Shown piece by piece: positions 1 to 12,803 of a stretch of 53,747 bases of DNA. Both the position numbers and the translations under genes were made by a program. Source of the DNA: Candidatus Velthaea sp. (GTDB lineage: Bacteria > Vulcanimicrobiota > Vulcanimicrobiia > Vulcanimicrobiales > Vulcanimicrobiaceae); contig JBEKHC010000024.1 in assembly GCA_050012475.1 (NCBI GenBank), positions 1 to 53,747 of the forward strand, given 5' to 3'. The number at the start of each line of letters is the position of its first letter. Position 1 is the first letter of the stretch. The notes beneath the pieces are model-generated. The model worked only from the letters and a program-made list of their open reading frames with translations, had not been told where the DNA came from and did not search any database.

Positions 1-319
1 GTGGACGGCGCTGATAAATCTTACGGTCAGATAGCCGGCGCCCGGTTCGAGGACAAAGACCTCCGGGTTATCTCACTTCGGTGCGGCGTGGGAGACTGTC
101 AACTGCATTGGCTGTTTACGATGGCAGTCTGCGACTCTATCCTGAGGTGAACTGAAGTGGACTGGATCGCTCGGCCCTGCTCGGCGCAACTTGCTGGGAC
201 GCGCGAGGGGGTACCGCGATGCTAGACGCCTTCCTCCTGGAGGGACATCGAGTGGAATTGTGCGCCGGCCCTGACTACGCCAAGAATGCGTGTGCGGCCG
301 TTCGCGCCGGAACATTGCT

Positions 320-2581
<2,262 letters not shown>

Positions 2582-5368
2582 GCGTCACCGGGCTCGAACG
2601 TCGAGTTGCTCCCGGTCCTCGGTTCTTCGCCGGTCTCGATCAGCAACGCCCAAAGTGCGCCGCCGGCGCATTCCGGCAGGGTAAAGGCGATTGCCTCAGA
2701 GTGGGCGTTCATCACGATGAGCACGGTCGCATCGCTGCCCTTCTGGCGGACGCCCGTCGGTTGGGCACGACCGTCGATCATCATGCCGAAGCAAGGCGTG
2801 GGCTCGTCCCAGGTTTCGTCACACATCTCGACTCCGGACGGGTCGATCCAGGTAACGTCCTTCACGTCAAGTTCGGTGTTGTAGGTCCCGGTGAGAAAGC
2901 GGCTGCGGCGAAGGATCGGATAGGCGATCCGGAGCGCGATCAGCTGGCGCACGAACGCAACTTGACGTTCGGCGGCAGCATCGAACGCCCAGTGAACCCA
3001 GCTGATCTCCGTATCCTGGCAGTAGGCGTTATTGTTGCCCTGCTGCGTGCGGGCGAATTCATCGCCGGCGAGCAACATCGGCGTTCCCTGCGACAGGAGT
3101 AACGTAGCGAGCATGTTTCGCATCTGCCGCCGGCGCAATGCGAGGATCGCCTCGTCCTTTGTCGGACCCTCGACCCCGCAATTCCAGGCGCGGTTGTCGG
3201 AATGCCCGTCGCGGTTGCCTTCGCCGTTCGCCGCATTGTGTTTTTCATTGTACGTGACGAGGTCATTGAGCGTGAAGCCGTCATGCGCCGTGATGAAATT
3301 GAGCGACGAACGCGGCTTGCGCCCGCGGCGGTCGAAGATATCCGGCGACGCGCACAGCCGCGGCGCCAGTTCCGCCGCCGACGCTTTGCCGCGCCAGAAG
3401 TCCCGAACGGCATCACGAAAGCGATCGTTCCACTCGGCCCAGCCGGGCGGAAACGCACCAACTTGATAGCCGCCAGGACCGATATCCCACGGCTCGGCGA
3501 TGAGCTTGACTGCGCCGAGAACCGGATCCTGACGAATCGCTTTGAGAAATCCGCTCTCCGTGTCGAAGCCGCTCGTCTCGCGCGCGAGCACGGTTCCCAG
3601 GTCGAATCGAAACCCGTCGACGTGCATTCCGTTGACCCAGTAGCGCAAGCTGTCGGTGACGAGCTGAATCACGCGCGCGTGCGAGAGATTCAACGTGTTG
3701 CCCGTTCCGGTGTCGTTGACGTAGTAGCGCTTGCGGCCCGCAACGAGACGGTAGTATGACGCGTTGTCGATGCCGCGGAACGACAGCGTCGGCCCGCGCT
3801 CGTTGCCTTCGGCGGTGTGATTGTAGACGACGTCGAGGATGACTTCGAGTCCGGCCTCATGAAAGCGGGCGACCATTTCTTTGAACTCGGCCAAAATCCG
3901 ATGCGGCTCATGGGCGTAGCGCGGGTCGGGTGCAAAAAAGCCGATGGTGTTGTAACCCCAATAATTGCACAGACCTTTGCCGTGCAGCAGATCGTCGGAG
4001 ACGAAGGCGTGCACCGGCAGCAACTCGACCGAAGTGACGCCAAGATTCTTGATGTAGTCGATCACGGCCGGCGAACCCAACCCGGCATACGTCCCGCGCA
4101 ACTCCCGCGGAACACCGGGATGAAGCTTCGTAAATCCCCGGACGTGTGCTTCGTAGACGACCGTAGCTTCCCACGGGACGACCCGGCCCAGCCGCTCGCC
4201 GTGCCACGCAAAGTTCTCGTCGACGACAACGCACTTGGGAACGAACGGTGCGCTATCGCGCTCGTCGAATGAGAGATCTTCGTCGGGCGCTCCCAGCGTG
4301 TAACCGAAACACGCCGGGTCCCAGGTGAGCTGCCCGACGTGGGCGCGCGCGTAGGGATCGAGCAAGAGTTTATTGGGGTTGAAACGATGACCGTTTTCGG
4401 GCTCATACGGACCGTGAACGCGATAACCGTAAATGGTGCCTGGTCCGACATTTTCGAGATAGCCGTGGTAGATCTCATCGGTGTATTCGGGCAGCACGAT
4501 GCGTTCGACTTCGTGGCTGCCGGACGGATCGAACAAGCATAACTCGACCCTCGTCGCGTTGGCTGAGAACAGCGCGAAATTCGTTCCTCGGCCGTCCCAC
4601 TTGGCGCCTTGCGGGTGCGGTAAGCCCTCATGAATCACAGAACTTGCGGTGACGCTCACAGAACGATCACTCCAGTCCCCCGGACGGGGGGCACGTTGTT
4701 CAGCTCGTCGGCAAAGCAATTGTCGGAGACGGCGTATCACCGTTCATCCTCACGAATGGACATTGGCTGCGGACGCATGCATCGGCCGCCACCGGAAGAG
4801 CACGTCGACGTAACTCCGGTGAACGCGTGTTCGGCTTGAGCCGACATCAAACAGACAACCTCGAGTCACGATATGCCAGCTCGCGCTGTTCAGATTAGTG
4901 CCAGGCAAGAAAGATCCAGAGCAATAGTGTCGACGCGATGGGCGTCAGCCGCGCCCGCGCAGCGAAGCAGCGGCGAACGTATGGTCACGAATCGCGACGA
5001 GCGCCGCACTTCAGCTTCGTTTGTTGCGCCAATCGTCGTATCGCTTCGATGCGACAGTGCACGTCGTGGCTGAGGAAAGCCCATGCGGCCTCCGACGAAA
5101 TCATTGTAGACACCGCGGCAGCAAAAATTCAATTGCCTTTTGTCGAATTCACTTTCGTCAAACGGACAGGCCGCCTGACCATCGACGCTGCGCCCGTCGC
5201 CGGGCATTGGCCGGCCTGGACGGACATCGGCGGCGGCCGGCGGCAACATGTCACCGCGGCGGCTGCGCCATGCCGTCGGGCGTCGCTCCAGAACCGGACG
5301 ATCGCACCAGAAGACTGCCTACAACCGGCTTGCCGTGTCGTTGCTGAGGATGTATCGTCGGTTTTACC

Positions 5369-7201
5369 GTGTTTGTCGTAATGGTCGCTTCTGAGTGCGC
5401 ACCGGTGGCGCAAGCGGGCGGATTGGGAGAAGTCGTCTTCGGCCTCAGCCGCGAGCTTGAACGGCGTGGCCATCGGGTTGAGATCATCATCCCGAAATAC
5501 GACTGCATGCGCTACGATCAGATCCACGCGCTCGCCACGGACTACGAGGACCTGTGGGTTCCGTGGTACGACGGGTCCGTCCACTGCACGGTCTGGTCCG
5601 GCTTGGTCCACGGCCGGCGCTGTTTGTTCGTCGATCCGCACTCCACCGACCGCTTCTTCGAGCGCGGGCACGTGTACGGCTCGAGCGACGACGTCATGCG
5701 CTTTGCCTTTTTCTCCAGAGCGGCCCTGGAGTATCTCCTGAAAACAGACCGTCGGCCCGACGTCATCCATTGCCACGACTGGCAGACCGCTCTCGTGCCG
5801 GTGCTGCTCTATGAGATCTACGCCCGCATCGGCATGCACGATCAGCGCGTATGTTACACGATCCACAATTTCGCCCATCAGGGTATCGCCGACGAACGTA
5901 TCCTGCGGGCCACCGGGTTGGGCCGCCCCGAATACTTCTTCGGCCTCGATCGGCTCCGCGACAATTTCAAGCCGACGGCGCTCAACCTCATGAAAGGCGG
6001 CATCGTCTACTCGAATTTCGTCACGACGGTCTCGCCGCACCACGCCTGGGAGGCGATGCACACGGACCAGGCGATCGGGTTGCAGCACACGCTGCAGGTG
6101 CACCATGAAAAATTCGGCGGGGTGCTCAACGGCATCGACTACGACGTCTGGAATCCGGAGATCGACCGCTTCCTCCCAGCGCACTATTCGCCCGAGACCG
6201 TGGAGTGGAAGTACGCTTGCAAGGAGTCCCTGCGCGACCGGCTCTGGCTGCGCAAGGAGTTCAAGCCGATAGTCGCTTACGTTGGACGCCTCGACCGCCA
6301 GAAGGGCGTTCAACTCATCGAGCACGCCATTTCGTACGCTTTGGGCCGTGGAGCACAATTCGTGCTGTTGGGGCAAAGCCCCGACCCTGCCATCAACGCG
6401 CACTTTTGGCGCTTGAAGTACGCCCTCAATGAAAACCCTGACTGTCATCTGGAGTTCGGTTGGGATGAGGGCCTCGCGCATTTGATCTATGCCGGGGCAG
6501 ACATGTTCGTGATGCCGAGCATGTTCGAGCCGTGCGGTTTGACCCAACTCATTGGGCTCAAATACGGCACCGTGCCGATCGTGCGGGCCGTCGGCGGATT
6601 AGTGGACACGGTTTTCGATCGGGACTTCTCCGACCGCCCGCAGTCGGAACGCAACGGCTACGTTTTCCATGGCCACGACAACGCGACGCTCGAGGCGGCT
6701 TTGAGTCGAGCCATCGGGCTCTGGAACGCGTACCCCGCGGACTTTCGGGCGCTCGTGCTCAACGGCATGCGGCAAGACCATTCCTGGGCCGACCCAGGCC
6801 AACACTATCTCAACATTTATGAGTACATCGCAGCACACAAGCCGCCGGCGCCGGCTGCGGAACCGAGCGTACTCCCTGTTGAGCCGGAAGAATCGGCTGT
6901 CCACCGGGAAGAATTGTCCGAGTCCGTCGATGCGCAGCCCGAGCCCGCCGATGCACGCACCGACTCCGTCGACACATCGCGGGACTACGCCGATGCGTTG
7001 CGCGAGTACATCGGTGCGCCCAGCGAGCACTTCGATGCACCGCCCGACTATGTTGCTGCCCTCTTGGAGCACGTCGACACGCTCTCCGCGAATTCGCCTG
7101 CCCCCTGGGAGCCCGTTCACACGGTTCGCGAGGACGTCGACGTGAAGCTCGAACAGGCCGAAACCCCGGTTAAGCAGGTCAAACCCAAAAAGGGTCGCTG
7201 A
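5369..7201 (+). CDS. glgA: Glycogen/starch synthase (GT5) with acidic repeat C-terminal tail
   Basis: SECAPVAQAGGL, HCHDWQT, TIHN, NGID, GRLDRQKG, PSMFEPCGLTQ and GGLVDTV motifs. About 120 aa of extra C-terminal tail. Confidence 0.92.
   Translation: MFVVMVASECAPVAQAGGLGEVVFGLSRELERRGHRVEIIIPKYDCMRYDQIHALATDYEDLWVPWYDGSVHCTVWSGLVHGRRCLFVDPHSTDRFFERGHVYGSSDDVMRFAFFSRAALEYLLKTDRRPDVIHCHDWQTALVPVLLYEIYARIGMHDQRVCYTIHNFAHQGIADERILRATGLGRPEYFFGLDRLRDNFKPTALNLMKGGIVYSNFVTTVSPHHAWEAMHTDQAIGLQHTLQVHHEKFGGVLNGIDYDVWNPEIDRFLPAHYSPETVEWKYACKESLRDRLWLRKEFKPIVAYVGRLDRQKGVQLIEHAISYALGRGAQFVLLGQSPDPAINAHFWRLKYALNENPDCHLEFGWDEGLAHLIYAGADMFVMPSMFEPCGLTQLIGLKYGTVPIVRAVGGLVDTVFDRDFSDRPQSERNGYVFHGHDNATLEAALSRAIGLWNAYPADFRALVLNGMRQDHSWADPGQHYLNIYEYIAAHKPPAPAAEPSVLPVEPEESAVHREELSESVDAQPEPADARTDSVDTSRDYADALREYIGAPSEHFDAPPDYVAALLEHVDTLSANSPAPWEPVHTVREDVDVKLEQAETPVKQVKPKKGR
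6920..7171 (+). repeat. 12 degenerate tandem 21-nt (7-aa) repeats within the glgA 3' extension
   Basis: Units: ESVDAQP/EPADART/DSVDTSR/DYADALR/EYIGAPS/EHFDAPP/DYVAALL/EHVDTLS/ANSPAPW/EPVHTVR/EDVDVKL/EQAETPV. 11 of 12 DNA units begin with GA, in exact 21-nt register. Confidence 0.8.
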
Positions 7202-7223
7202 GGGCCCCAAGCTCCTCCGCGCA

Positions 7224-8834
7224 TCACACCGCGGAGACGTCGAGTTCCGCCTGGCTCCAATGATCGAGCTGTCGACCGTCCGGCCGACCCTCCATTTCCC
7301 AAAGCAGGTAGGCTCGCTCCTGAACCCGCTGATAGATCGCTCGCTCGATCTCCGCGCTCGTTGCCGATGCTGCCCGAGAAGCGGCGCGAATGCCGCGAAG
7401 CGTAGCACCGAAGTAGGCTGCGCCGCGGGCGACCGCGAGGTCGGGTTCGGCGTTTTCCAGCTCGACGGGCGGCGAGCGCCGCTGCCAATTCCCGATCAGG
7501 CGGCAGATTCGCTGACGAAACGCCCGCGGCCGCAGCGAACCGCCATTGAAGAACACTGCTCCGATGGCCGGAGCATTTTTGAGAAATTCAGCGAGGTGCC
7601 GCGTCACCGCCGGTTCGGGCGAGTAGGGAAGCCCCCATTCTCCGAGCGCCGCTTTCGTCACGGCTGGACCGTCGTCCGCATCGCATTCCGGGAAGAACGC
7701 TTCGAGGAGCAGCGCCTCGATCTCCGCCTGCGTGAGATGGCCACTACGCAATCCGGTGCCCATTTGCGGCTCACGTCCCGGAATCGAGACAACGAACACT
7801 TCGTCAGGCGGCCCGTCGCCCGAGAGCGCCCGTTCCTTGACCTCGCGACACTGCGCGACGAGGTGACGCCACTGCCCGTCCGACAGCCCTTCCGGCTCAT
7901 CAACGAGCTGCGGCTCGAGACGATGGGCGATTGCGAGATCCATGTTGTCGCCGCCGAGCAAGATATGGTCGCTCGCCGCGAGCCGCTCGAGCCTCGGCCC
8001 GCCGTTCTCGGCACTCGAAACTTCCATCAAGGCGAAGTCTGACGTCCCGCCCCCAATGTCGACCACCAAAACATGGTGACGGACGGCATCTTCGCGGAAA
8101 TCCTCGGGTCGGCTTCCGTCAAAATCGCGCTCCAAATCCCGTTGCTCGAGCCAGCAGTGGAACGCGGCTTGCGGCTCCTCGATTAGGCGGACGGTGTTCG
8201 GGTAACCGGCTTCAGCGGCGGCAGCCAGGATCAACCGCTGCGCCAAGCCGTCGAACGAAGCGGGTACGGCGACGGTGATCAGCTGGGCGTCAAACGCAAA
8301 GTCGGCGCCAGCGCCAGCAAAGCGTTCGTTCCAGGCGTCGCGCAAGCAACGGAGGATCAGCGCGCAGGCGCGAACCGGCGAGATCTTCGTTTCGCCCGCG
8401 ATGTCGCTCGAACGCCATGGCAAGAACGGTTCCGAGCGCTCGGCAGCTTGATAGCAGAGCCACGATTTGGCGGAATGGGCGACCCGGCCGGGACGGTGCG
8501 CCGCCATCGTTCGCGCAAATCTGCCGACAACCCAATGCGCCTGGGTCGCGGGGTTGCCGTCAACCTGGGTGACCGCCCCCTCTTCGGGAAGGTAGAGAAA
8601 GGACGGCAGCATCGAAGCGCCCGCCGTGGCTCCGGCCGCATCCAGTTGCGGGAGCAGCAAGACCTCGGATTTGGCCTCGATATCGAGGGGGGCGAACGCC
8701 AAGGCACAGTTCGTCGTGCCGAGATCGATGCCGATACTAAAGCGGGACCGAGCCGCGACGACATCGTACCGACCGCTACGCCGACCTTCCAACGCCGCTT
8801 CGAGTTCGCGCGTCCGGCGCATCCGTTCCTTCAC
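7224..8834 (-). CDS. Hsp70/DnaK-like ATPase domain fused to a C-terminal DUF2934-like domain
   Basis: GIDLGTTN, EEPQAA, VDIGGGTSD, GGDNMD, FNGGS and AVARGAA actin-fold motifs. C-terminus ERAYLLWEMEGRPDGRQLDHWSQAE resembles DUF2934. GTG start overlaps the upstream stop (GTGA). Confidence 0.85.
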   Translation of the reverse strand: MKERMRRTRELEAALEGRRSGRYDVVAARSRFSIGIDLGTTNCALAFAPLDIEAKSEVLLLPQLDAAGATAGASMLPSFLYLPEEGAVTQVDGNPATQAHWVVGRFARTMAAHRPGRVAHSAKSWLCYQAAERSEPFLPWRSSDIAGETKISPVRACALILRCLRDAWNERFAGAGADFAFDAQLITVAVPASFDGLAQRLILAAAAEAGYPNTVRLIEEPQAAFHCWLEQRDLERDFDGSRPEDFREDAVRHHVLVVDIGGGTSDFALMEVSSAENGGPRLERLAASDHILLGGDNMDLAIAHRLEPQLVDEPEGLSDGQWRHLVAQCREVKERALSGDGPPDEVFVVSIPGREPQMGTGLRSGHLTQAEIEALLLEAFFPECDADDGPAVTKAALGEWGLPYSPEPAVTRHLAEFLKNAPAIGAVFFNGGSLRPRAFRQRICRLIGNWQRRSPPVELENAEPDLAVARGAAYFGATLRGIRAASRAASATSAEIERAIYQRVQERAYLLWEMEGRPDGRQLDHWSQAELDVSAV

Positions 8835-10138
8835 CCGCGGCCTGGGGAACCCGCCGGGGCAAACACCCGTATTTCTAACGGCCGCAGCCTGAACGTACCG
8901 AAGTTGGATTGCAGCACTCCTTCGGCAGCTGGCGTAACGTCGGCGGCCAGACTCACGTTGCCGAACGTCCGCGGATCGCCGACCTCCACCTCAGCCCAGG
9001 CACGGGGGTCGGGATTGATCAGTGCGACGGCATAGTTCCGTCCGCGGCTCGCGTAGCGAACCAGCGCCAGCGCCGACGTGCCGCCGCCGTACAGCCGGCG
9101 TTCGAGTCCCTCGTCGTTGAGCGCCGGAATCCCGTTCTTCATCGCATTCACCTCGGAGATGAAGCCGCTCAAATCGAAACGCGGCGTCTCCCAGTCGTCC
9201 GGGCGCGTTCTCACCACGTCGAGCGGCCGAGAAAAGCCAAACTCGTATCCCATCGGCATCATTACGCCGCTGGAGAAAAAGGCCGAGAACAGATAGCGCA
9301 GTCGATAGGCCGCCTCGGGATCTTCGCCGGCGGGCAGCTCGCCGATGAGCCGCGGCGTGTCGTGGCTTTCGGGGAAGGCAATCGAGGGTGCGATGTGGCG
9401 AAACTGTTCGTATTGGTCGAGCAGCCAATCCGACTGGAAGTCCCACCATTTCGCTGAGTTGAAGAGAAAATCGAACCCGGCACCATCGAGTTGATAGACC
9501 TCGTCCGGGCGGCAGCCGAGGGTTTCCGCGGCGAAAAGAGCGTTCGGCCGAATCGCGTCCGCGCGCCCGATCAGGCGTTGCCACACGATGCCTGGAACCT
9601 TGTATGCAGCATCGCAACGGAAACCGTCGAAACCCAACTTCACGTAGTGCTCGACGACGTCGCCGAAAAACGCGATGAGCGCCTCGCGTTCGGGCCGCTC
9701 CCACCAATCCAGCTCGGCGAGATCGTGCCACACCGTGCGCCTCGACGCATCGGCCGGATCGACGGCGAACGGCGAATGAACCGCGCCGTCGTGATCGTGC
9801 ACGTACCACTGCGGGCGCTCGGCGACGAGCGGCGCGTCCTTGGCGGTATGATTGACGACCAGATCCATCATCACCGCGAGACCGGCCCCGTGGGCTGCAT
9901 CGACGAACCTTCGGACGAGGTCGTCATCGCTATCGCGCGAGCTGCCGCGGAAGAGGGGGTTGAGCCGGTAGTAGTCCTTGATGGAATACAAGCTGCCGGA
10001 GCAACCGGGGGCGTGAAACGGGTTGACGTAGACCCAATTGAAGCGCATCGCCGCGATCCGCGCGAGATGCTGCGACCAACGGTCGATGGGACCGACGAGC
10101 GTGGGAAACAGATTGTAGATGCGCGGTCCGTTGGTCAC
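8831..10138 (-). CDS. GH13 alpha-amylase-family protein (paralog of the N-terminal domain of the GlgE fusion)
   Basis: [23 protein letters not shown] and ESHDT catalytic regions. GTG start at 10138 after AAAGGGGG, chosen by alignment to the start of 18245-21571. Confidence 0.9.
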   Translation of the reverse strand: MTNGPRIYNLFPTLVGPIDRWSQHLARIAAMRFNWVYVNPFHAPGCSGSLYSIKDYYRLNPLFRGSSRDSDDDLVRRFVDAAHGAGLAVMMDLVVNHTAKDAPLVAERPQWYVHDHDGAVHSPFAVDPADASRRTVWHDLAELDWWERPEREALIAFFGDVVEHYVKLGFDGFRCDAAYKVPGIVWQRLIGRADAIRPNALFAAETLGCRPDEVYQLDGAGFDFLFNSAKWWDFQSDWLLDQYEQFRHIAPSIAFPESHDTPRLIGELPAGEDPEAAYRLRYLFSAFFSSGVMMPMGYEFGFSRPLDVVRTRPDDWETPRFDLSGFISEVNAMKNGIPALNDEGLERRLYGGGTSALALVRYASRGRNYAVALINPDPRAWAEVEVGDPRTFGNVSLAADVTPAAEGVLQSNFGTFRLRPLEIRVFAPAGSPGRG

Positions 10139-10396
10139 CGACGATACCCCCTTTGACAGGCGACGAGATGCCGTTGACGGTTTACTCGCCTCCCGGCTTG
10201 CATCGCGCCCACGCAAAGATGCTGCACGGGAAACACGTTTCGCGCAACTGCCACTGACGCAACTCGATGAACGACGGGGGGCGACCGGATTCAGCTCGAC
10301 GGAAGTTCTGATAACTAAAATGTATCCGCGACGCGACAAACGTCGCGCTGCGCTTTCATTCAACGATCGTGCCGAAAGGGGCGTTCGACGCTTTCT

Positions 10397-11350
10397 TCAC
10401 TCGCAATACCTGCCCGCTGTCGCCGGATTGCTTTTGCGGGAACGGTGATCGGAGCGCGCATCGGTTTCGGCGACTACGCGCGCGAGAGCGCGGATGGTTT
10501 CCGGACCGACGCCGCAGCATCCGCCGATGTGGGTGACGCCCAGCGCCATCCAGCCCGGAACTCCGGCGATAAAAGCGGCTTCGGGCGCTTCCCCGGACAG
10601 CGCCTGCCCGGCGCTTTCACCTTGCCGGCCGAGATTTGGACAAACGAAGATCGGCTTGTCCGTCGCTCCGCGCATCGCGCGCACGAGCGGCGCGATCGCG
10701 TCTGGCGCAGTACAGTTTACGCCGATGACGTCGACGCAGGCAAAGGCGTCGAGTTCTGCAGCAACGTCGGCAAGCCGATCGCCAGTGCAGGTACGGGTGT
10801 CGTCGGCACAGGTGAACGACATCCAAACGTTGCGCAGGCCAAGGTCGCGCGCCGCCTGGGCGATGACGAGGCCCTCGGCCTGCGACGAAATGGTCTCGAA
10901 CAAGAAAACATCCGGCCTAGCACACGCCATCGAACGCAGCCGCTCGGCGTGAAACGCATAGAGCGCGTCGAACTCAATCTGCGGTGAGCGCGAATACTCC
11001 CCGCCCGGACCGAGGGTCGCGCCAAACGGACCCAGCGACCCGGCCACGAGCTGCTCGCTCGACGCGCCGGTCCGGGCACGATGCGAAGCGATCGCGGCGC
11101 GGGCGAGCGCCACGCCGCGGGCGAAGATGCGGTCGATCGCGGCATCGTCGCAGCCCAGTCGACGGAGGGCCGCGTGGGAAAGCTGGTAGGTCGCGGTCGC
11201 GATCACTTCGGCCCCGGCATCGAGATACGCGCGATGCACGTCGACGAGCAGATCCGGACACGTGAAGATCGCTTCGCCCGACCAGAGGGAGGTCGCCGGC
11301 GCGAAGCCGCGCCGTTCGAGCTCCACACCCAAGCCGCCGTCGAGAATCAT
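10397..11350 (-). CDS. mmuM: Homocysteine S-methyltransferase
   Basis: ILDGGLGVELE, TATYQ, AGSLGPFGA, FETI, GVNC and GGCCG zinc-binding motifs. Confidence 0.88.
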   Translation of the reverse strand: MILDGGLGVELERRGFAPATSLWSGEAIFTCPDLLVDVHRAYLDAGAEVIATATYQLSHAALRRLGCDDAAIDRIFARGVALARAAIASHRARTGASSEQLVAGSLGPFGATLGPGGEYSRSPQIEFDALYAFHAERLRSMACARPDVFLFETISSQAEGLVIAQAARDLGLRNVWMSFTCADDTRTCTGDRLADVAAELDAFACVDVIGVNCTAPDAIAPLVRAMRGATDKPIFVCPNLGRQGESAGQALSGEAPEAAFIAGVPGWMALGVTHIGGCCGVGPETIRALARVVAETDARSDHRSRKSNPATAGRYCE

Positions 11351-11389
11351 GGCGAGAACGCTATCCGAATACCCACCGCGATCGAATCG

Positions 11390-12718
11390 TTATCGGCCGA
11401 ACCGCGATTCGACGTACGCAACCTTGCGTTCGAGCGTCGCCAGGACGCGCTGCCACGCGTAGCGCGCCGCCGTTTCTCTGCCGTGCGCGCGCAGCTCCTC
11501 GCCCATCTTCGGATCCGCATACAGCGTGCGGAGGTAGGTCGCGAGTTCGTTGCCGTCGCCGGTGTCGCAGACGAGCGCGTTGATAAACGGGTCGGCGTAT
11601 TCTTCGCCGGTCGAACCGCAAACGGCGATTCCGCCGGCGGCCATGACTTCGAGTCCGACCAGTCCGAACGGCTCTTTGCCGCTGTTGGCGAGCACCGCGT
11701 CGCACGCCGCGTACATCGCGAACAGAAACTTCTCTTCGAGAAACGCGCGCACGTGCACGACCGGCGCTTCCGTCACCGCGAGTCCGGCGATGACGCGGTG
11801 CCCGTCGGTGCCTTCGTATGCCATGCGCTCCACCGCAAGCCCGCGCTCGTGCGCGCGTCCGAACACGATTTCGCTGAAGGGATCCTTGCCGCCACGCACG
11901 ATGAGCCGCGCGGGAATGCCCGCCGTCTGCAGATCGGCGACCGCGTCGACCGCTTGCAGCCAATTCTTGTCCGGGTCGAAGCGGCCGACTTTGAACAGCG
12001 TGGGACGGCCGCGAAACGCGGTTTTGCATTCGGCGACGAGCACCGGATCCGCGCCCAGCAGCAAACGTTCGTCGATCCCGTTGGGAACGACGAGCGCCGG
12101 AACGTTGCGCCGTGCCAACTCGAACTTCATGTAACGGCTGACGGCCGTGACGGCGGCCGCGCGTTTGAGCAAGCGCCAATTCACGCGGTCGAAACCGTAC
12201 ACGTTATTGGCGTTCCACAGGATGGTGGCGGCGGCGCGCAGCCCGCGTTTGCGCAAGCGCGCGTCGAGGGCGATCGCGACGTTCGCCATCTGCCACTCTT
12301 CGATCATGATCAGAACGCGCTCGCCGTTAGCGGCCGCCGGCGCCACCACGAAGTCGGTCAGGTAATTCGGCAAACTGTTTTCACAGTCGGCAATTTTTTC
12401 GGCCTCGCCGTCATAGGCGCTGCGCGGATGCTGGGCGGAGATCCAGCCGCACCAGCGGCGCAGCGTCACGCCGGGAGCCCAAGCCTCGACCGGGCGCAGC
12501 GCGGGATCGCCGACAAAGAACAGCTCGACGCTGCGCCCGGCTCGCCCGAGCGCCCGAGCGAGCGCGCTCACGCGCGTGGCTAAACCGCCGATCGACGCGT
12601 AGCGGTCGGGTCCCTCGAACGCGACGATCGCGACATGCTGCGGCAGCTGCGGCAGGCGGGGAGCGGCCGCAGCGGGCGTTTCCACTTGGCGCGTGGTTTG
12701 CGACACGCCAGCGCTCAT
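11390..12718 (-). CDS. GT-B glycosyltransferase, GT4-like
   Basis: GGL N-terminal loop, VVPNGID, VGRFDPDKN and EPFGLVGLEVMAAG signature. Start at MSAGVS is uncertain. Confidence 0.85.
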   Translation of the reverse strand: MSAGVSQTTRQVETPAAAAPRLPQLPQHVAIVAFEGPDRYASIGGLATRVSALARALGRAGRSVELFFVGDPALRPVEAWAPGVTLRRWCGWISAQHPRSAYDGEAEKIADCENSLPNYLTDFVVAPAAANGERVLIMIEEWQMANVAIALDARLRKRGLRAAATILWNANNVYGFDRVNWRLLKRAAAVTAVSRYMKFELARRNVPALVVPNGIDERLLLGADPVLVAECKTAFRGRPTLFKVGRFDPDKNWLQAVDAVADLQTAGIPARLIVRGGKDPFSEIVFGRAHERGLAVERMAYEGTDGHRVIAGLAVTEAPVVHVRAFLEEKFLFAMYAACDAVLANSGKEPFGLVGLEVMAAGGIAVCGSTGEEYADPFINALVCDTGDGNELATYLRTLYADPKMGEELRAHGRETAARYAWQRVLATLERKVAYVESRFGR

Positions 12719-12803
12719 CGTTCCATTCTTCGCACGCAGCCCGGACTTCGTGTCCGGGCCGACGCGGGCCCGCAACGCGACGGATTCAACGAAGTTGAAT
12801 CCT

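Noticed and set aside
1..150. Open frame at the window start (VDGADKSYG...SILR*)
   Set aside because: Short, no recognisable motif and no upstream context, so it cannot be supported as a CDS.
8831..10363. Extended N-termini given by the ORF track (e.g. 10363, 4740, 18408, 27036, 39502, 40638)
   Set aside because: The extensions are low-complexity or overlap neighbouring genes. Downstream starts fit RBS position, ATGA coupling or paralog alignment better.
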